A DNA stretch of 57,345 nt, from assembly GCA_964441695.1 (NCBI GenBank), contig CAYYKO010000002.1, forward strand, positions 1 through 57,345. Reading direction: 5' to 3'. A program made the translations under genes and the position numbers. This stretch comes from an uncultured Ruminococcus sp. GTDB taxonomy: Bacteria; Bacillota; Clostridia; Oscillospirales; CAG-272. Of the stretch, positions 19,939-28,710 are shown piece by piece. Each line of letters opens with the position of its first letter. Position 1 is the stretch's first letter. Below the pieces are notes generated by a model. It searched no databases, was not told the DNA's origin, and saw only the letters and a list, made by a program, of their open reading frames with translations.

Positions 19939-20556
19939 TCATTCGTAGGTTCGCAGACTTCCTATAACTCGTCCGAGGATCGTAAGGTTCTCTACGATTA
20001 TCGGAGCCATTGTGCTGTTCTGCGGCTGAAGTCTGAAGTGTCCGCCTTCCTTGTAAAAGGTTTTGACCGTTGCCTCGTCGTCGATCAGAGCAACAACAAT
20101 GTCGCCGTTCTCTGCGACCCGCGTCTGCTCCACTATAACAATGTCGCCGTCAAGGATGCCCGCCTCTATCATGCTCGTGCCGGTGACACGAAGCGCGAAC
20201 ATCGAGCGTCCACCTGCGTTCTTCTTGTCAAAGGGGTATGCGATGTAGCCGTCGTGATTCTCAACGGCAAGTATCGGCATGCCTGCCGTCACCTTTCCGA
20301 TGATCGGTATCATCGGTCGCGGTGCGGTATCCGCTCCGGCTACCAGAGAATCCACACGGAGGGTGCGGCTCTTTCCGCCTTCCTTGAGAATATAGCCCTT
20401 CTTCTCAAGCTTTTCGAGATACGTATGTACTGTCGAGGTGCTCTTGATATCGAGGTCGCGCCTGATATCGCGTATGGAGGGAGAATATCCGTTCTTCAGT
20501 ATGTTTTCCTTTATGTAGTCAAGTATCTGCTGTTCTCTTTCGCTGAGTGCTGCCAT
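19939..20556 (-). CDS. lexA: LexA repressor
   Basis: 205 aa. Winged-helix N-terminus ...LSEREQQILDYIKENILKNGYSPSIRDI...STSTVHTYLEKLEKKGYI.... S24 peptidase C-terminus with the cleavage/catalytic region ...VAGMPILAVEN...VTGTSM... Confidence 0.93.
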   Translation of the reverse strand: MAALSEREQQILDYIKENILKNGYSPSIRDIRRDLDIKSTSTVHTYLEKLEKKGYILKEGGKSRTLRVDSLVAGADTAPRPMIPIIGKVTAGMPILAVENHDGYIAYPFDKKNAGGRSMFALRVTGTSMIEAGILDGDIVIVEQTRVAENGDIVVALIDDEATVKTFYKEGGHFRLQPQNSTMAPIIVENLTILGRVIGSLRTYE

Positions 20557-20623
20557 ATAAACTCCGTGTTTACGCGCTCTGGGCGCGGTCTTTCAAAAAA
20601 CGTAATGCGTCAGTCCGCCTTCG

Positions 20624-20654
20624 CGGTAAAATATCTCCCCGAGATATTTTACCG
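20624..20654 (-). repeat. Perfect 14-bp-stem hairpin/palindrome in the lexA 5' leader
   Basis: CGGTAAAATATCTC-CCC-GAGATATTTTACCG. No U-run follows on the minus strand. Confidence 0.6.
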
Positions 20655-20663
20655 TCCGCACTT

Positions 20664-20702
20664 ATTATACCACATTCTTCGTCAAAAATAAACACGCGTT
20701 CG
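20664..20702 (-). promoter_or_regulatory. lexA promoter with Cheo-type SOS box
   Basis: The minus strand reads CGAACGCGTGTTT (20702-20690), matching CGAAC-N4-GTTY. It is followed 20 nt downstream by TGgTATAAT (extended -10; hexamer 20669-20664). Confidence 0.5.
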
Positions 20703-20790
20703 CCGAGTTTACAATTTGTTAATAAATTCTTTGTCTAAATTTTCTCGTTTGTTTGTGGCTTTTCCACATAAAAGGAATTAATGCCTTGTT

Positions 20791-22026
20791 TTACTGCTTT
20801 TCTCCCTTTATCTTCTCCCAATATGCCTTCGCAGCCTGCTCGGTCTTGTTGTCGCCGTAATTGTAGTATTTCCGATCCTTCAGGTCGCTCGGCAGATATT
20901 GCTGCTTAACATACCTGTTCGGATATTCGTGCGGATATTTGTAGCCCTTGAAGGCAGGACTCTTCAGGTGGAACGGTATCTCCGTGCCGAACCCCGCGGC
21001 AATGTCGGCTGCCGCCGCGTTTATCGCCGCATATGCCGTGTTCGACTTCGGCGAGGTAGCAAGCATCACAGCCGCGTTTGCAAGCGGTATTCTCGCCTCG
21101 GGGAGTCCGAGCTCCTTTGCGCTCTCAACGCACGCGCGGGTTATGACCGCCGCCATCGGATACGCGGCTCCTATGTCCTCGGAGGCTATTACCATTAGCC
21201 TGCGGCAGGGAGAGATAAGGTCTCCGCCCTCGAGCAGCCGCGCAAGGTAGAACACCGCCGCATCCGGGTCGCTTCCGCGTATTGACTTTTGAAGTCCCGA
21301 TAAAAGGTCGTAATGCGTGTCACCGTCTCGGTCGAAGCTTCCCATCGAAACGGAAGGCAGCAGCTCACCAACGTCCTCCGTCGTGATCTCGCCCTCGCTC
21401 TTGACCGTCACGGCAAGCTCGAGCATATTGAGCGCGCGACGGACATCTCCCGCCGCCACCGACGATATCATCCGAAGCGCCTCCGGCGAAACTCTGTCAG
21501 AGGCGCCGAGCTCCGAGCTCACCGCTGCAAGTCGCTTTTCGATATCGCGCGGGGAGACCGGCTTAAATTCAAGCACCGCACAGCGCGAGAGCAGCGCGTC
21601 GTATATATAATAGTACGGGTTTTCCGTCGTCGAGGCGATAAGCGTTATGCTTCCGTCCTCGATATACTGAAGCAGCGACTGCTGCTGCTTTTTGTTAAAA
21701 TACTGTATCTCGTCAAGGTACAGCAGCACTCCGCAGCTTCCGCCGATGCCGTGCGTTGCAGAGGCGACCTCACGAACGTCGGACAGGCTTGCGGTAGTCG
21801 CATTGAGTCGGTAAAGCTCAAGATTCGAGCCCTCCGCGAGGATCGAGGCCGCCGTCGTCTTTCCGCAGCCGGGAGGACCGTAAAATATCACCGAGGAAAG
21901 GCGTCCCGCCTGCACCATTTTTCTGAGTATTCCGTTTTTTCCGACAAGTCTCTCCTGACCCGCCATCTCATCGAAGCTTTTCGGACGAAGTCTGTCCGCA
22001 GCAGGCTTTGTTTCGTAGCTGTTCAA
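20791..22026 (-). CDS. rarA: Replication-associated recombination protein A (AAA+ ATPase RarA/MgsA)
   Basis: ...DRLRPKSFDEMAGQERLVGKNGILRKMVQAGRLSSVIFYGPPGCGKTT... plus the MgsA C-terminal domain. I start it at TTG 22026 (GAGGT 7 nt upstream; 411 aa); ATG 22119 is an alternative. The rest of the 538-aa ORF looks like antisense read-through. Confidence 0.85.
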   Translation of the reverse strand: MNSYETKPAADRLRPKSFDEMAGQERLVGKNGILRKMVQAGRLSSVIFYGPPGCGKTTAASILAEGSNLELYRLNATTASLSDVREVASATHGIGGSCGVLLYLDEIQYFNKKQQQSLLQYIEDGSITLIASTTENPYYYIYDALLSRCAVLEFKPVSPRDIEKRLAAVSSELGASDRVSPEALRMISSVAAGDVRRALNMLELAVTVKSEGEITTEDVGELLPSVSMGSFDRDGDTHYDLLSGLQKSIRGSDPDAAVFYLARLLEGGDLISPCRRLMVIASEDIGAAYPMAAVITRACVESAKELGLPEARIPLANAAVMLATSPKSNTAYAAINAAAADIAAGFGTEIPFHLKSPAFKGYKYPHEYPNRYVKQQYLPSDLKDRKYYNYGDNKTEQAAKAYWEKIKGEKQ

Positions 22027-22098
22027 ACCTTGACACCTCACTGAAATAATCGCCCTCTCCGCGTCATACAATTCATTTACGGAAGGAGCGTAATATAC

Positions 22099-22428
22099 AT
22101 GGATAATATTATCGAGCATAAAGTAATACGTCACCGAAATGCGATGCTCGTCCTGCCGAGCGACGGCAATAACGACTCGCGCTTCTCTCGCTTTTACGCG
22201 CAGCTCGGCAAACGCGCCGCCGAATTTTGCGACAGCGAGCCGACAAGGCTGCGAAGCTACAGGATCGTCTGCCGCTCGAGCGTGAGCGACGGCGAGCTGT
22301 GCATCGAGCTCGGCATCAGCGCACGCCTTCGCGAAAAAAGCGGAGAGCTGACGTGCCGTCGACGCATTCTCCGTGACACGTGGCGTGACGGCGAGCTCAT
22401 CCTTCACGAAAGACTTGAACTCACGTAG
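22099..22428 (+). CDS. Hypothetical protein (109 aa), divergent from rarA
   Basis: Frame has genome-typical GC3 and codon choice and a balanced amino-acid composition. AAGGAG lies 10 nt upstream of the ATG. No clear promoter, no family recognised. Confidence 0.4.
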   Translation: MDNIIEHKVIRHRNAMLVLPSDGNNDSRFSRFYAQLGKRAAEFCDSEPTRLRSYRIVCRSSVSDGELCIELGISARLREKSGELTCRRRILRDTWRDGELILHERLELT

Positions 22429-22515
22429 ACACGCATTAGCTTATATTAATTGTACTTTGTTATCGCCGTTTTGTCAATACACCGAGGCAAAGTTCCCGTC
22501 GCCGCCGGCCAAGCA

Positions 22516-22544
22516 TTGACAAGTGTCTCATTTAGTGATACAAT
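22516..22544 (+). promoter_or_regulatory. sigma-A promoter for the MATE gene
   Basis: TTGACA (22516-22521), 17-nt spacer, TACAAT (22539-22544), with TGa extended -10. Confidence 0.6.
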
Positions 22545-22593
22545 ATCATGGACATTGACATTTAATATTAAAATAAAACGGAGCGATTGCTAA

Positions 22594-23952
22594 ATGAACA
22601 ACGAGGTCACCTCTCTCACAAGCGGTTCCCTTACGAAAAAAATATTTCTCTTCAGCGTTCCTCTGATGATATCGAACGTGCTTCAGGTTCTTTTCAACAT
22701 GGCGGACATTGCCGTGGTCGGACGCTTTTCCGGCTCGACGGCGCTCGGCTCGGTCGGCTCCACCGCAACGCTTGTGTCGCTGTTCACGGGCTTTCTTATC
22801 GGACTCGGAAGCGGAGTCTCGGCTCTCGTTGCAAGACGGTACGGCGCGGGTGACGGGCGCGGCGTTGTTCGCACGGTACACTCCGCGGCGATAATCTGCT
22901 TTATCGCGGGGCTTTCGATACTCGCCGTCGGCGAGATATTCACCGATGCCTTTCTCTCGCTTCTCGGCACAAAGCCCGAGCTCATCGACGGCGCGGCGCT
23001 GTATTTGAGAATATACTTCCTCGGAATGCCCGCAGTCGCGCTTTACAACTTCGGCTCGGCTGTGTTCAGCGCGGTCGGGCAGACGAAAAAGCCGCTTTAC
23101 TTCCTGTTCACGGCGGGCGTTACGAACGTAATACTGAATTTCGTCTTCGTCCTCGGCTGCAAGATGAGCGTCGCCGGCGTAGCGATCGCTACGATAATCT
23201 CGCAATACCTCTCGTGCTTCCTCATTCTCGCAGCCCTGCTTCGCTCGAAGGAGATATACGCGCTTCGCGCGTCAAGCCTCAGAGCCGATCGCATGTGCTC
23301 TGTCGAAATTCTCCGTCTCGGAATACCGTCGGCGCTCCAGTACGCGCTCTTTCAGGTTGCAAACCTCTTTATTCAGGCGGGCGTCAACACCTTCGATCAC
23401 GTCGCGGTCGAGGGAAATTCCGCAGCGGCAAATTCAGACGGGCTTGTGTTTGACATTATGGCAGCCTTTTACACCGCATGTACAAGCTTCATGGCACAGA
23501 ATTACGGCGCAGGCAAGCGTCGACGCGTGCTGAAAAGCTACCTTATCAGTCTTGCGTACTCTGCCGGAATCGGAATTCTCATGGGCGCCCTTGTCGTGCT
23601 TTGGGGACGCGGCTTTCTCGGACTCTTCACCTCCGACGCCGCCGTTGTCGAGGCGGGACTTTACCGACTTCGCATAATGGGCTGCACGTATTGGATATCG
23701 GCATTCATGGACTGCACGATAGCCGCCTCGCGAGGTCTCGGAAAAAGCGTCGTCCCGACCTTCATTGTCGTCATGGGCTCGGTCGTATTCCGCATCATCT
23801 GGATATACACCGTCTTCGCACATTTCAAGACGATCCCGTCGCTTTATCTGCTCTACCTCTTCTCCTGGAGCATTACGTCCGCAGCCGAGATAATTTATTT
23901 CGCCGTCATATATAAAAAGCAAATGTCGCATCTTGAGTCCGCGACACAATAA
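22594..23952 (+). CDS. MATE family efflux transporter
   Basis: 452 aa with 12 predicted TM helices. N-terminus ...LTKKIFLFSVPLMISNVLQVLFNMADIAVVGRF... is the MatE repeat signature. Confidence 0.9.
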   Translation: MNNEVTSLTSGSLTKKIFLFSVPLMISNVLQVLFNMADIAVVGRFSGSTALGSVGSTATLVSLFTGFLIGLGSGVSALVARRYGAGDGRGVVRTVHSAAIICFIAGLSILAVGEIFTDAFLSLLGTKPELIDGAALYLRIYFLGMPAVALYNFGSAVFSAVGQTKKPLYFLFTAGVTNVILNFVFVLGCKMSVAGVAIATIISQYLSCFLILAALLRSKEIYALRASSLRADRMCSVEILRLGIPSALQYALFQVANLFIQAGVNTFDHVAVEGNSAAANSDGLVFDIMAAFYTACTSFMAQNYGAGKRRRVLKSYLISLAYSAGIGILMGALVVLWGRGFLGLFTSDAAVVEAGLYRLRIMGCTYWISAFMDCTIAASRGLGKSVVPTFIVVMGSVVFRIIWIYTVFAHFKTIPSLYLLYLFSWSITSAAEIIYFAVIYKKQMSHLESATQ

Positions 23953-23959
23953 AGGAATA

Positions 23960-24015
23960 AAGCTCGAGCGAAGCTTCCCCGTTTAAGGTAAGGCTCCGCT
24001 CGAGCTTTCGTTTTA
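23960..24015. terminator. Terminator hairpin between convergent MATE and GRE genes
   Basis: AAGCTCGAGCGAAGC ... GGCTCCGCTCGAGCTT (about 15-bp stem, one mismatch) followed by TCGTTTTA. Confidence 0.65.
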
Positions 24016-24073
24016 TCGGTTATAGCAGTGCTCGCGCCGTCAGCGGCGTTTTACGCAGCACACGAAGCACGCA

Positions 24074-26203
24074 TCAGTGCTCGTTCTGCTCTATCACCAT
24101 TTGCTGCCACTCGCGGTCAAGCGTTACAAAGCGTGCATTCCATCCGGAGACGCGCACCGAAAGCGTTTCGTAGTTTTCGGGATGCGCCTGCGCCTCACGA
24201 AGCACTGCCGCGTCGACAACGTCGGGCTGCATGAAAAAGCCTCCGAGCGCGACAAAGCCGCGTATCAGTCCACACAGTGCCGAAAGTCCCGCCTCGCCCT
24301 CGACGTTCGACGGCAGGAGCTTTATGTCAAGCGCCGCGCCATTTGCGATCTTTTCAAGGTCGATCTTGCAGTACGAACGTATCTCGGCAGTCGCGCCGGT
24401 CTTATCCGTGTTCGGTGTCGGGGAGCAGTTTGCCGCCAGAATCTCTCCCGCGCGTCTGCCGTGCGGGCACGCGAGTCTCTGCGGAGACCACACAAGCTGA
24501 CGGCCGAACGTGCTGACTCCCGCGGGGAAACGGTAGCCGCTTCTGCCGTTATAGCTTTGGCAAATATCGGCGAAATCCGAGAGCATTCTCACAGCTATCG
24601 CATCAACCTCGTCGTTATCGTTTCCGTAATAATCGTAGTTTTTAAGCGCGTACTGTCTGAGAGCTTCCTCGCCCTCCCAGTTGTTGCGAAGTATCTTCAT
24701 AAGCTCGGGAAGAGTCAGCTTCTTCTCATCGTACACAAGCTTCTTTATCGCGTAAAGGCTGTTGACCGTGTCGGCAAGTCCGCCGATATGAGGTGAAATG
24801 AGATTATAAACAGGTCCGCCCTCGAGGTATGAGAGCCCCTTTTCGATGCATCCCTCCTCAAAGATCGAAACTACCGTGCACGGTGTACGCTCGATCCATT
24901 TCGAGTTTTCCGCGCAGTCGCCCATGACAGCAAAAAGCTCATCGTACACATGGTACTTTTCATCGACTCGCTCGCGCAGACCCTTTACGTATTCGCAGTA
25001 AAGCTCCTCAAAGGTATCAAAGCTTACATCGTCTTCATAGCCGCCGAGCGTTTTCTGCTGCAATACCTGAAGGGCGTCAAAGGGATGATAGGAGAAGAAG
25101 GTCTTTCCGGGGATCTGCACCTCCCAGCAGCCGTCGTTTGCGAATTTTCTCGCCTCGCGCTCGTCGTAGCCATCTCGCACAAGCGCGCGGATGATAGTTT
25201 CCTCATTATACACGGCAAGCGTGCCGCCGCCGTAGCGCATGACCTCTGCCACACGGCGGATGAGCTTTTCATCTGTCTTCGAATTCACGCGCACCGTCGT
25301 CGGGAAATCGCTGATGCCGAGCTCCTCGATTACGTCGAGGACAAGATATGTCACCTCGTTTGTGACCTCGTTGCCGTCTTCATCGATTCCCGCAAGCAGG
25401 AGATTTTGATAATGCTGTGCGTCACCGCTGCCTATATCCTCTCCGTTTATCCACTCACAGCCCTTGATAAAGAAATGCGCCAAAATTTCGCGTGCCTCGT
25501 CGAGCGTCAGCTTTCCGCTCTCAAGATCGCGCTTCAGATAATCTCCGAGCAGGTAGTCAATACGTCCGATGCCCGGCCAGTTTCCCGTGAGACGGATAAA
25601 CGCAAACGTAAACCAAATGCTCTGCACCGCCTCATAGAAGGATGTGGGCGTCTCAAACGGGACGCGCTTCAGGTTTTCGTAATTTGCGCGATATTCGGGA
25701 AGCTCGCGGAGTGCGTCGAGGTACCGTCCGTGCCAAACCTCAAAGGCATCGATACAGTTCAGACAGCTTTTTGCAAAAGCTTCCTTTTCGCTCCCGCGAT
25801 ATTTTTCGTATGCACGACGCGACTTTTCCCTTATATATCCGACACCGTGCTTTAATACCGTCTCGAAATCGGCAGTCAGGTGGCTCTGGCTCTCGCACAG
25901 GCGTGAGCCTTTATAATCTGCCGGCACGGAATGACTTATCGCCTTGCCGAGCGTCGCCGCTCCGCTCAGCTTCTCCCCCTCACAAATGCGAATCGGTGCT
26001 TCCTTTGCGATCTTCATTATCGCGATGTCGTACTTTTCTATCTTTGAGAGCGAGTCAAAATTCGGTATGTCGTCGAGGACAACGGCACTGCACTTCAAGG
26101 TGTCCTTGCCGTATTTTCTGCCGAGCGAGTCATGTGCAAAGCGTCGTGTCGCCTCTGACAGTCTCACCGGTCTTTTGCCTCCGTTTTGAGTGTAAAACTC
26201 CAT
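24074..26203 (-). CDS. Glycyl radical enzyme, PFL2/dehydratase-like family, unusually short (709 aa)
   Basis: C-terminal glycyl-radical motif ...TLSVRVSGWNARFVTL... (Gly codon 24143-24145). Thiyl loop ...FANDGCWEVQIPG... (GCxE pattern). Start placed at ATG 26203 (MEFYTQNGG...), 5 nt after GGAGGTG. Confidence 0.88.
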   Translation of the reverse strand: MEFYTQNGGKRPVRLSEATRRFAHDSLGRKYGKDTLKCSAVVLDDIPNFDSLSKIEKYDIAIMKIAKEAPIRICEGEKLSGAATLGKAISHSVPADYKGSRLCESQSHLTADFETVLKHGVGYIREKSRRAYEKYRGSEKEAFAKSCLNCIDAFEVWHGRYLDALRELPEYRANYENLKRVPFETPTSFYEAVQSIWFTFAFIRLTGNWPGIGRIDYLLGDYLKRDLESGKLTLDEAREILAHFFIKGCEWINGEDIGSGDAQHYQNLLLAGIDEDGNEVTNEVTYLVLDVIEELGISDFPTTVRVNSKTDEKLIRRVAEVMRYGGGTLAVYNEETIIRALVRDGYDEREARKFANDGCWEVQIPGKTFFSYHPFDALQVLQQKTLGGYEDDVSFDTFEELYCEYVKGLRERVDEKYHVYDELFAVMGDCAENSKWIERTPCTVVSIFEEGCIEKGLSYLEGGPVYNLISPHIGGLADTVNSLYAIKKLVYDEKKLTLPELMKILRNNWEGEEALRQYALKNYDYYGNDNDEVDAIAVRMLSDFADICQSYNGRSGYRFPAGVSTFGRQLVWSPQRLACPHGRRAGEILAANCSPTPNTDKTGATAEIRSYCKIDLEKIANGAALDIKLLPSNVEGEAGLSALCGLIRGFVALGGFFMQPDVVDAAVLREAQAHPENYETLSVRVSGWNARFVTLDREWQQMVIEQNEH

Positions 26204-26224
26204 GTTATCACCTCCGATGATATG

Positions 26225-26253
26225 ATTATACAGTACAAAGCTATTAAATTCAA
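26225..26253 (-). promoter_or_regulatory. sigma-A promoter for the glycyl radical enzyme gene
   Basis: Minus strand: TTGAAT (26253-26248), 17-nt spacer, TATAAT (26230-26225). Confidence 0.55.
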
Positions 26254-26282
26254 TTGACATTTCCGCACAATACATGTATAAT
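26254..26282 (+). promoter_or_regulatory. sigma-A promoter for the AraC regulator, back to back with the GRE promoter
   Basis: Consensus TTGACA (26254-26259), 17-nt spacer, TATAAT (26277-26282). Confidence 0.6.
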
Positions 26283-26300
26283 ACTATTGAGGTGAGTCAT

Positions 26301-27092
26301 TTGAAAATAAGCAGCGTAAATATACGCTATTTTAAGAAGGACGGCTTTTACTCCGTTCCGAACGAAGGCGTCACTCATGTGAAGGTACTGCCCTGCCTTT
26401 CCGTCGTTCAGTCGCTCGAGGGACATTACGACATCACGCTCGGCGGAGGGGATAAAATGCAAACGACGGACGGCGGATTTTTCATTGCTCCGGCAGGCGT
26501 GCAGCAAACAATAACGCACCACATCAACGAAAAAAGCGGCAGGATGAGCTGCCGCTGGATATTTATCGACGCGCGGATAAACCGCGAGCTTTCGCCCGAC
26601 TCGCTTTATACCTTTCCGACGGTGATAAACGGCGACGAGCGGCATGAGCTGAACTCGATTTTCGAGAGATTATTCGCGACCGACGACGCATTTGAAAATC
26701 ACGCGGACTGCTGTCGGCTTCTCGGATACCTGACAAAGCTCGGAAAAGAAGCGAAGGAGGGCTCTCACGGCGGGCTGAAAACGGCTCTCTCGTATATATC
26801 CGAGCACTACACCGAGCACATCACCGTAAAAATTCTCGCAGAGGCTTCGAATATGTCGGAATCAAATTTTTACGCGCTCTTCAGAAGGCACGTCGGCACG
26901 TCGCCGATAGCATATCTGAACAGCTACCGTCTTTCCGTTGCAGCCGATGCACTGACACAAAGCACGCAGAGCATCAAGGAGATAAGCTTCTCCGTCGGTA
27001 TCGACGACTCGATGTATTTCAGTCGGCTCTTTCGCAAAACCTACGGTGTGTCGCCGAGTGAGTACCGCGCACTGTACAAAAGCCGCACGTGA
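26301..27092 (+). CDS. AraC family transcriptional regulator
   Basis: Cupin-like N-terminus and a C-terminal double HTH: ...ILAEASNMSESNFYALFRRHVGTSPIAYLNSYRLSVAADAL...IKEISFSVGIDDSMYFSRLFRKTYGVSPSEYR.... Start moved to TTG 26301 (GAGGTG 6 nt upstream) because ATG 26274 lies within the promoter spacer. Confidence 0.85.
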   Translation: MKISSVNIRYFKKDGFYSVPNEGVTHVKVLPCLSVVQSLEGHYDITLGGGDKMQTTDGGFFIAPAGVQQTITHHINEKSGRMSCRWIFIDARINRELSPDSLYTFPTVINGDERHELNSIFERLFATDDAFENHADCCRLLGYLTKLGKEAKEGSHGGLKTALSYISEHYTEHITVKILAEASNMSESNFYALFRRHVGTSPIAYLNSYRLSVAADALTQSTQSIKEISFSVGIDDSMYFSRLFRKTYGVSPSEYRALYKSRT

Positions 27093-27118
27093 AAACTGAA
27101 TTTTGCATAGCCTCAAAA

Positions 27119-27146
27119 AACCGACCCGTGTAAACAGGTCGGTTTT
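27119..27146. terminator. Bidirectional terminator
   Basis: AACCGACC-(10 nt)-GGTCGGTT flanked by an A-run and a T-run, between convergent genes. Confidence 0.7.
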
Positions 27147-27186
27147 CGTGTGTATTCGCTTTTATGCCGGTCTCATTACCTCGCCG

Positions 27187-28536
27187 TCACTGAATGTCTG
27201 TAAATTCTCTGATATCAGCACCGACAGAATTGACAACAGCATCCTTCGGAGTCGTGCATACGGTATTTCCCTCGGAATCGATGATAGCAAACACATCATC
27301 CTCGATCTCCGAATACGCGTATCCGTCGGCATAGTAGTTCGAGATATCGTAAAGTCCCTTGTCTGAAAGCACGAAGACGATCTCGAGCTTCGAGTTTATG
27401 ACAACCTTCTCGAACTCCTTACGCTCACAGTCCGTTCTGCCAAGATCCGCCCACACGATATCCACGGTCTTGCCGTCCTCATCAAGGTATACGGGAGAAA
27501 CGCAGAACATTCTGTCGGCGATCATAACAGGCTCGGTGCATGCAAAGCCTCTGAGATCGGTGCTTGTCATCTGCAAGACCTGTTCGCCGGACTCGTTGTA
27601 ATAAGTGAAGCTTTTCTTACCGCTGCGCGCCCACACAGATTCGGTGAAGTCGATACGCATCTCGGTTTTCGCTTCAGAGACCTTGTTCCACGAGGTGTCG
27701 TAAAAGGCACCGTCGTAATATGCGAGTCCGTTGTCGCCGAAGCCGTATCTCGACCACTTATTCGGGTTGTATTCGGGAATGGTTATCACCCAGTTACCCT
27801 CGGCGTCGATGTAGCCGGCTTTCTTTTCGTTCTTATCCTCTATGGCGCAAAGTCCGTGAGTTATCGCATTCTGACCGAGGAAGATGCCCTCCTTCGGCTC
27901 AACGACCCATTCAAAATCACTGTTTAACAATCCGTAAGCCTTATTAAAGCGTCCGGCGACCGCATAGCCCTCGTCGCTGAATTCGTTAAGGTAATCGCAG
28001 CCCTCGATTATAACGTGCTCAAAGCCGTTTTCGCCTTTGTGGAAGTAGCCCTTCTCCTCTCCGTCGGCGCCGTCGAGCACTATCGTGGCAATGCCGCTTG
28101 AGGAAAACCTTCCGACGTCCTTGTAAACGGTGTCTGTCACATACTCGCCGTTCAGATCGATGCATCTCCAGCCCTCGCCCTTCTTAAAAACAAAGGCTAC
28201 TCCGTCGGGGCCGAAGCTTTTCACAGCATCGTAAACGGGTTCGATGTACCACTCGCCGTTCATATTCATGTAGCCGGCACCTCCTCCATCTTTAAGGTGT
28301 ACCGGAACGATTCCGAACTGGAACAGCGCGCCCTTCATGTATGTTCCGGACGCCGTGGGCTTTTCGTCCGTGCTCTCGCCCTCGCCCTCGCCGTTCTCCA
28401 CGCTTTCGGTCTGTCGGTTGTCGCCTGCATTTGCCGAGTCCTCCGCGTCGTCAGAGCCGTTCGAGCCGCAAGCGGCAAGCGACAGTGCCATCGCTCCGAC
28501 CAGAAGCCACGACACGATTGTCTTTCCGAGCTTCAT
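27187..28536 (-). CDS. Lipoprotein with WG-containing (KWG-like) beta-propeller repeats
   Basis: Signal peptide with lipobox ...GAMALSLAAC|GS.... An acidic low-complexity linker, then repeated ...G.W..I...G..V....Y..V... units (for example AGYIDAEGNWVITIPEY, GEGWRCIDLNGEYVTDTVYKDV). Confidence 0.8.
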   Translation of the reverse strand: MKLGKTIVSWLLVGAMALSLAACGSNGSDDAEDSANAGDNRQTESVENGEGEGESTDEKPTASGTYMKGALFQFGIVPVHLKDGGGAGYMNMNGEWYIEPVYDAVKSFGPDGVAFVFKKGEGWRCIDLNGEYVTDTVYKDVGRFSSSGIATIVLDGADGEEKGYFHKGENGFEHVIIEGCDYLNEFSDEGYAVAGRFNKAYGLLNSDFEWVVEPKEGIFLGQNAITHGLCAIEDKNEKKAGYIDAEGNWVITIPEYNPNKWSRYGFGDNGLAYYDGAFYDTSWNKVSEAKTEMRIDFTESVWARSGKKSFTYYNESGEQVLQMTSTDLRGFACTEPVMIADRMFCVSPVYLDEDGKTVDIVWADLGRTDCERKEFEKVVINSKLEIVFVLSDKGLYDISNYYADGYAYSEIEDDVFAIIDSEGNTVCTTPKDAVVNSVGADIREFTDIQ

Positions 28537-28567
28537 AATTATACCTACTCCTCATTTTATTTGCAGC

Positions 28568-28598
28568 CTTACAATAATGTGTACTTTTTTGTAAAGGC
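28568..28598. repeat. Left copy of a paired about 30-bp palindromic element
   Basis: CCTTACAA-N14-TTGTAAAGG. The inner part GTGTACTTTTTTGTAA (28579-28594) is the exact reverse complement of 28705-28720. Confidence 0.65.
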
Positions 28599-28648
28599 AT
28601 TTTGCCGCCCCAAACGATAATAAATTGCCGCATTATTCTTAAAACCAC

Positions 28649-28677
28649 TTGAAAAAAACCTGCAATAGATATATAAT
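28649..28677 (+). promoter_or_regulatory. Near-consensus sigma-A promoter pointing away from any CDS
   Basis: TTGAAA (28649-28654), 17-nt spacer, TATAAT (28672-28677). Confidence 0.45.
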
Positions 28678-28680
28678 AGG

Positions 28681-28710
28681 TATATATCAAGCAAAACTGC
28701 GACCTTACAA
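28681..28710 (-). promoter_or_regulatory. Candidate promoter for the lipoprotein gene
   Basis: Minus strand: TTGTAA (28710-28705), 18-nt spacer, TATATA (28686-28681). The -35 lies inside the right palindrome. Confidence 0.35.
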
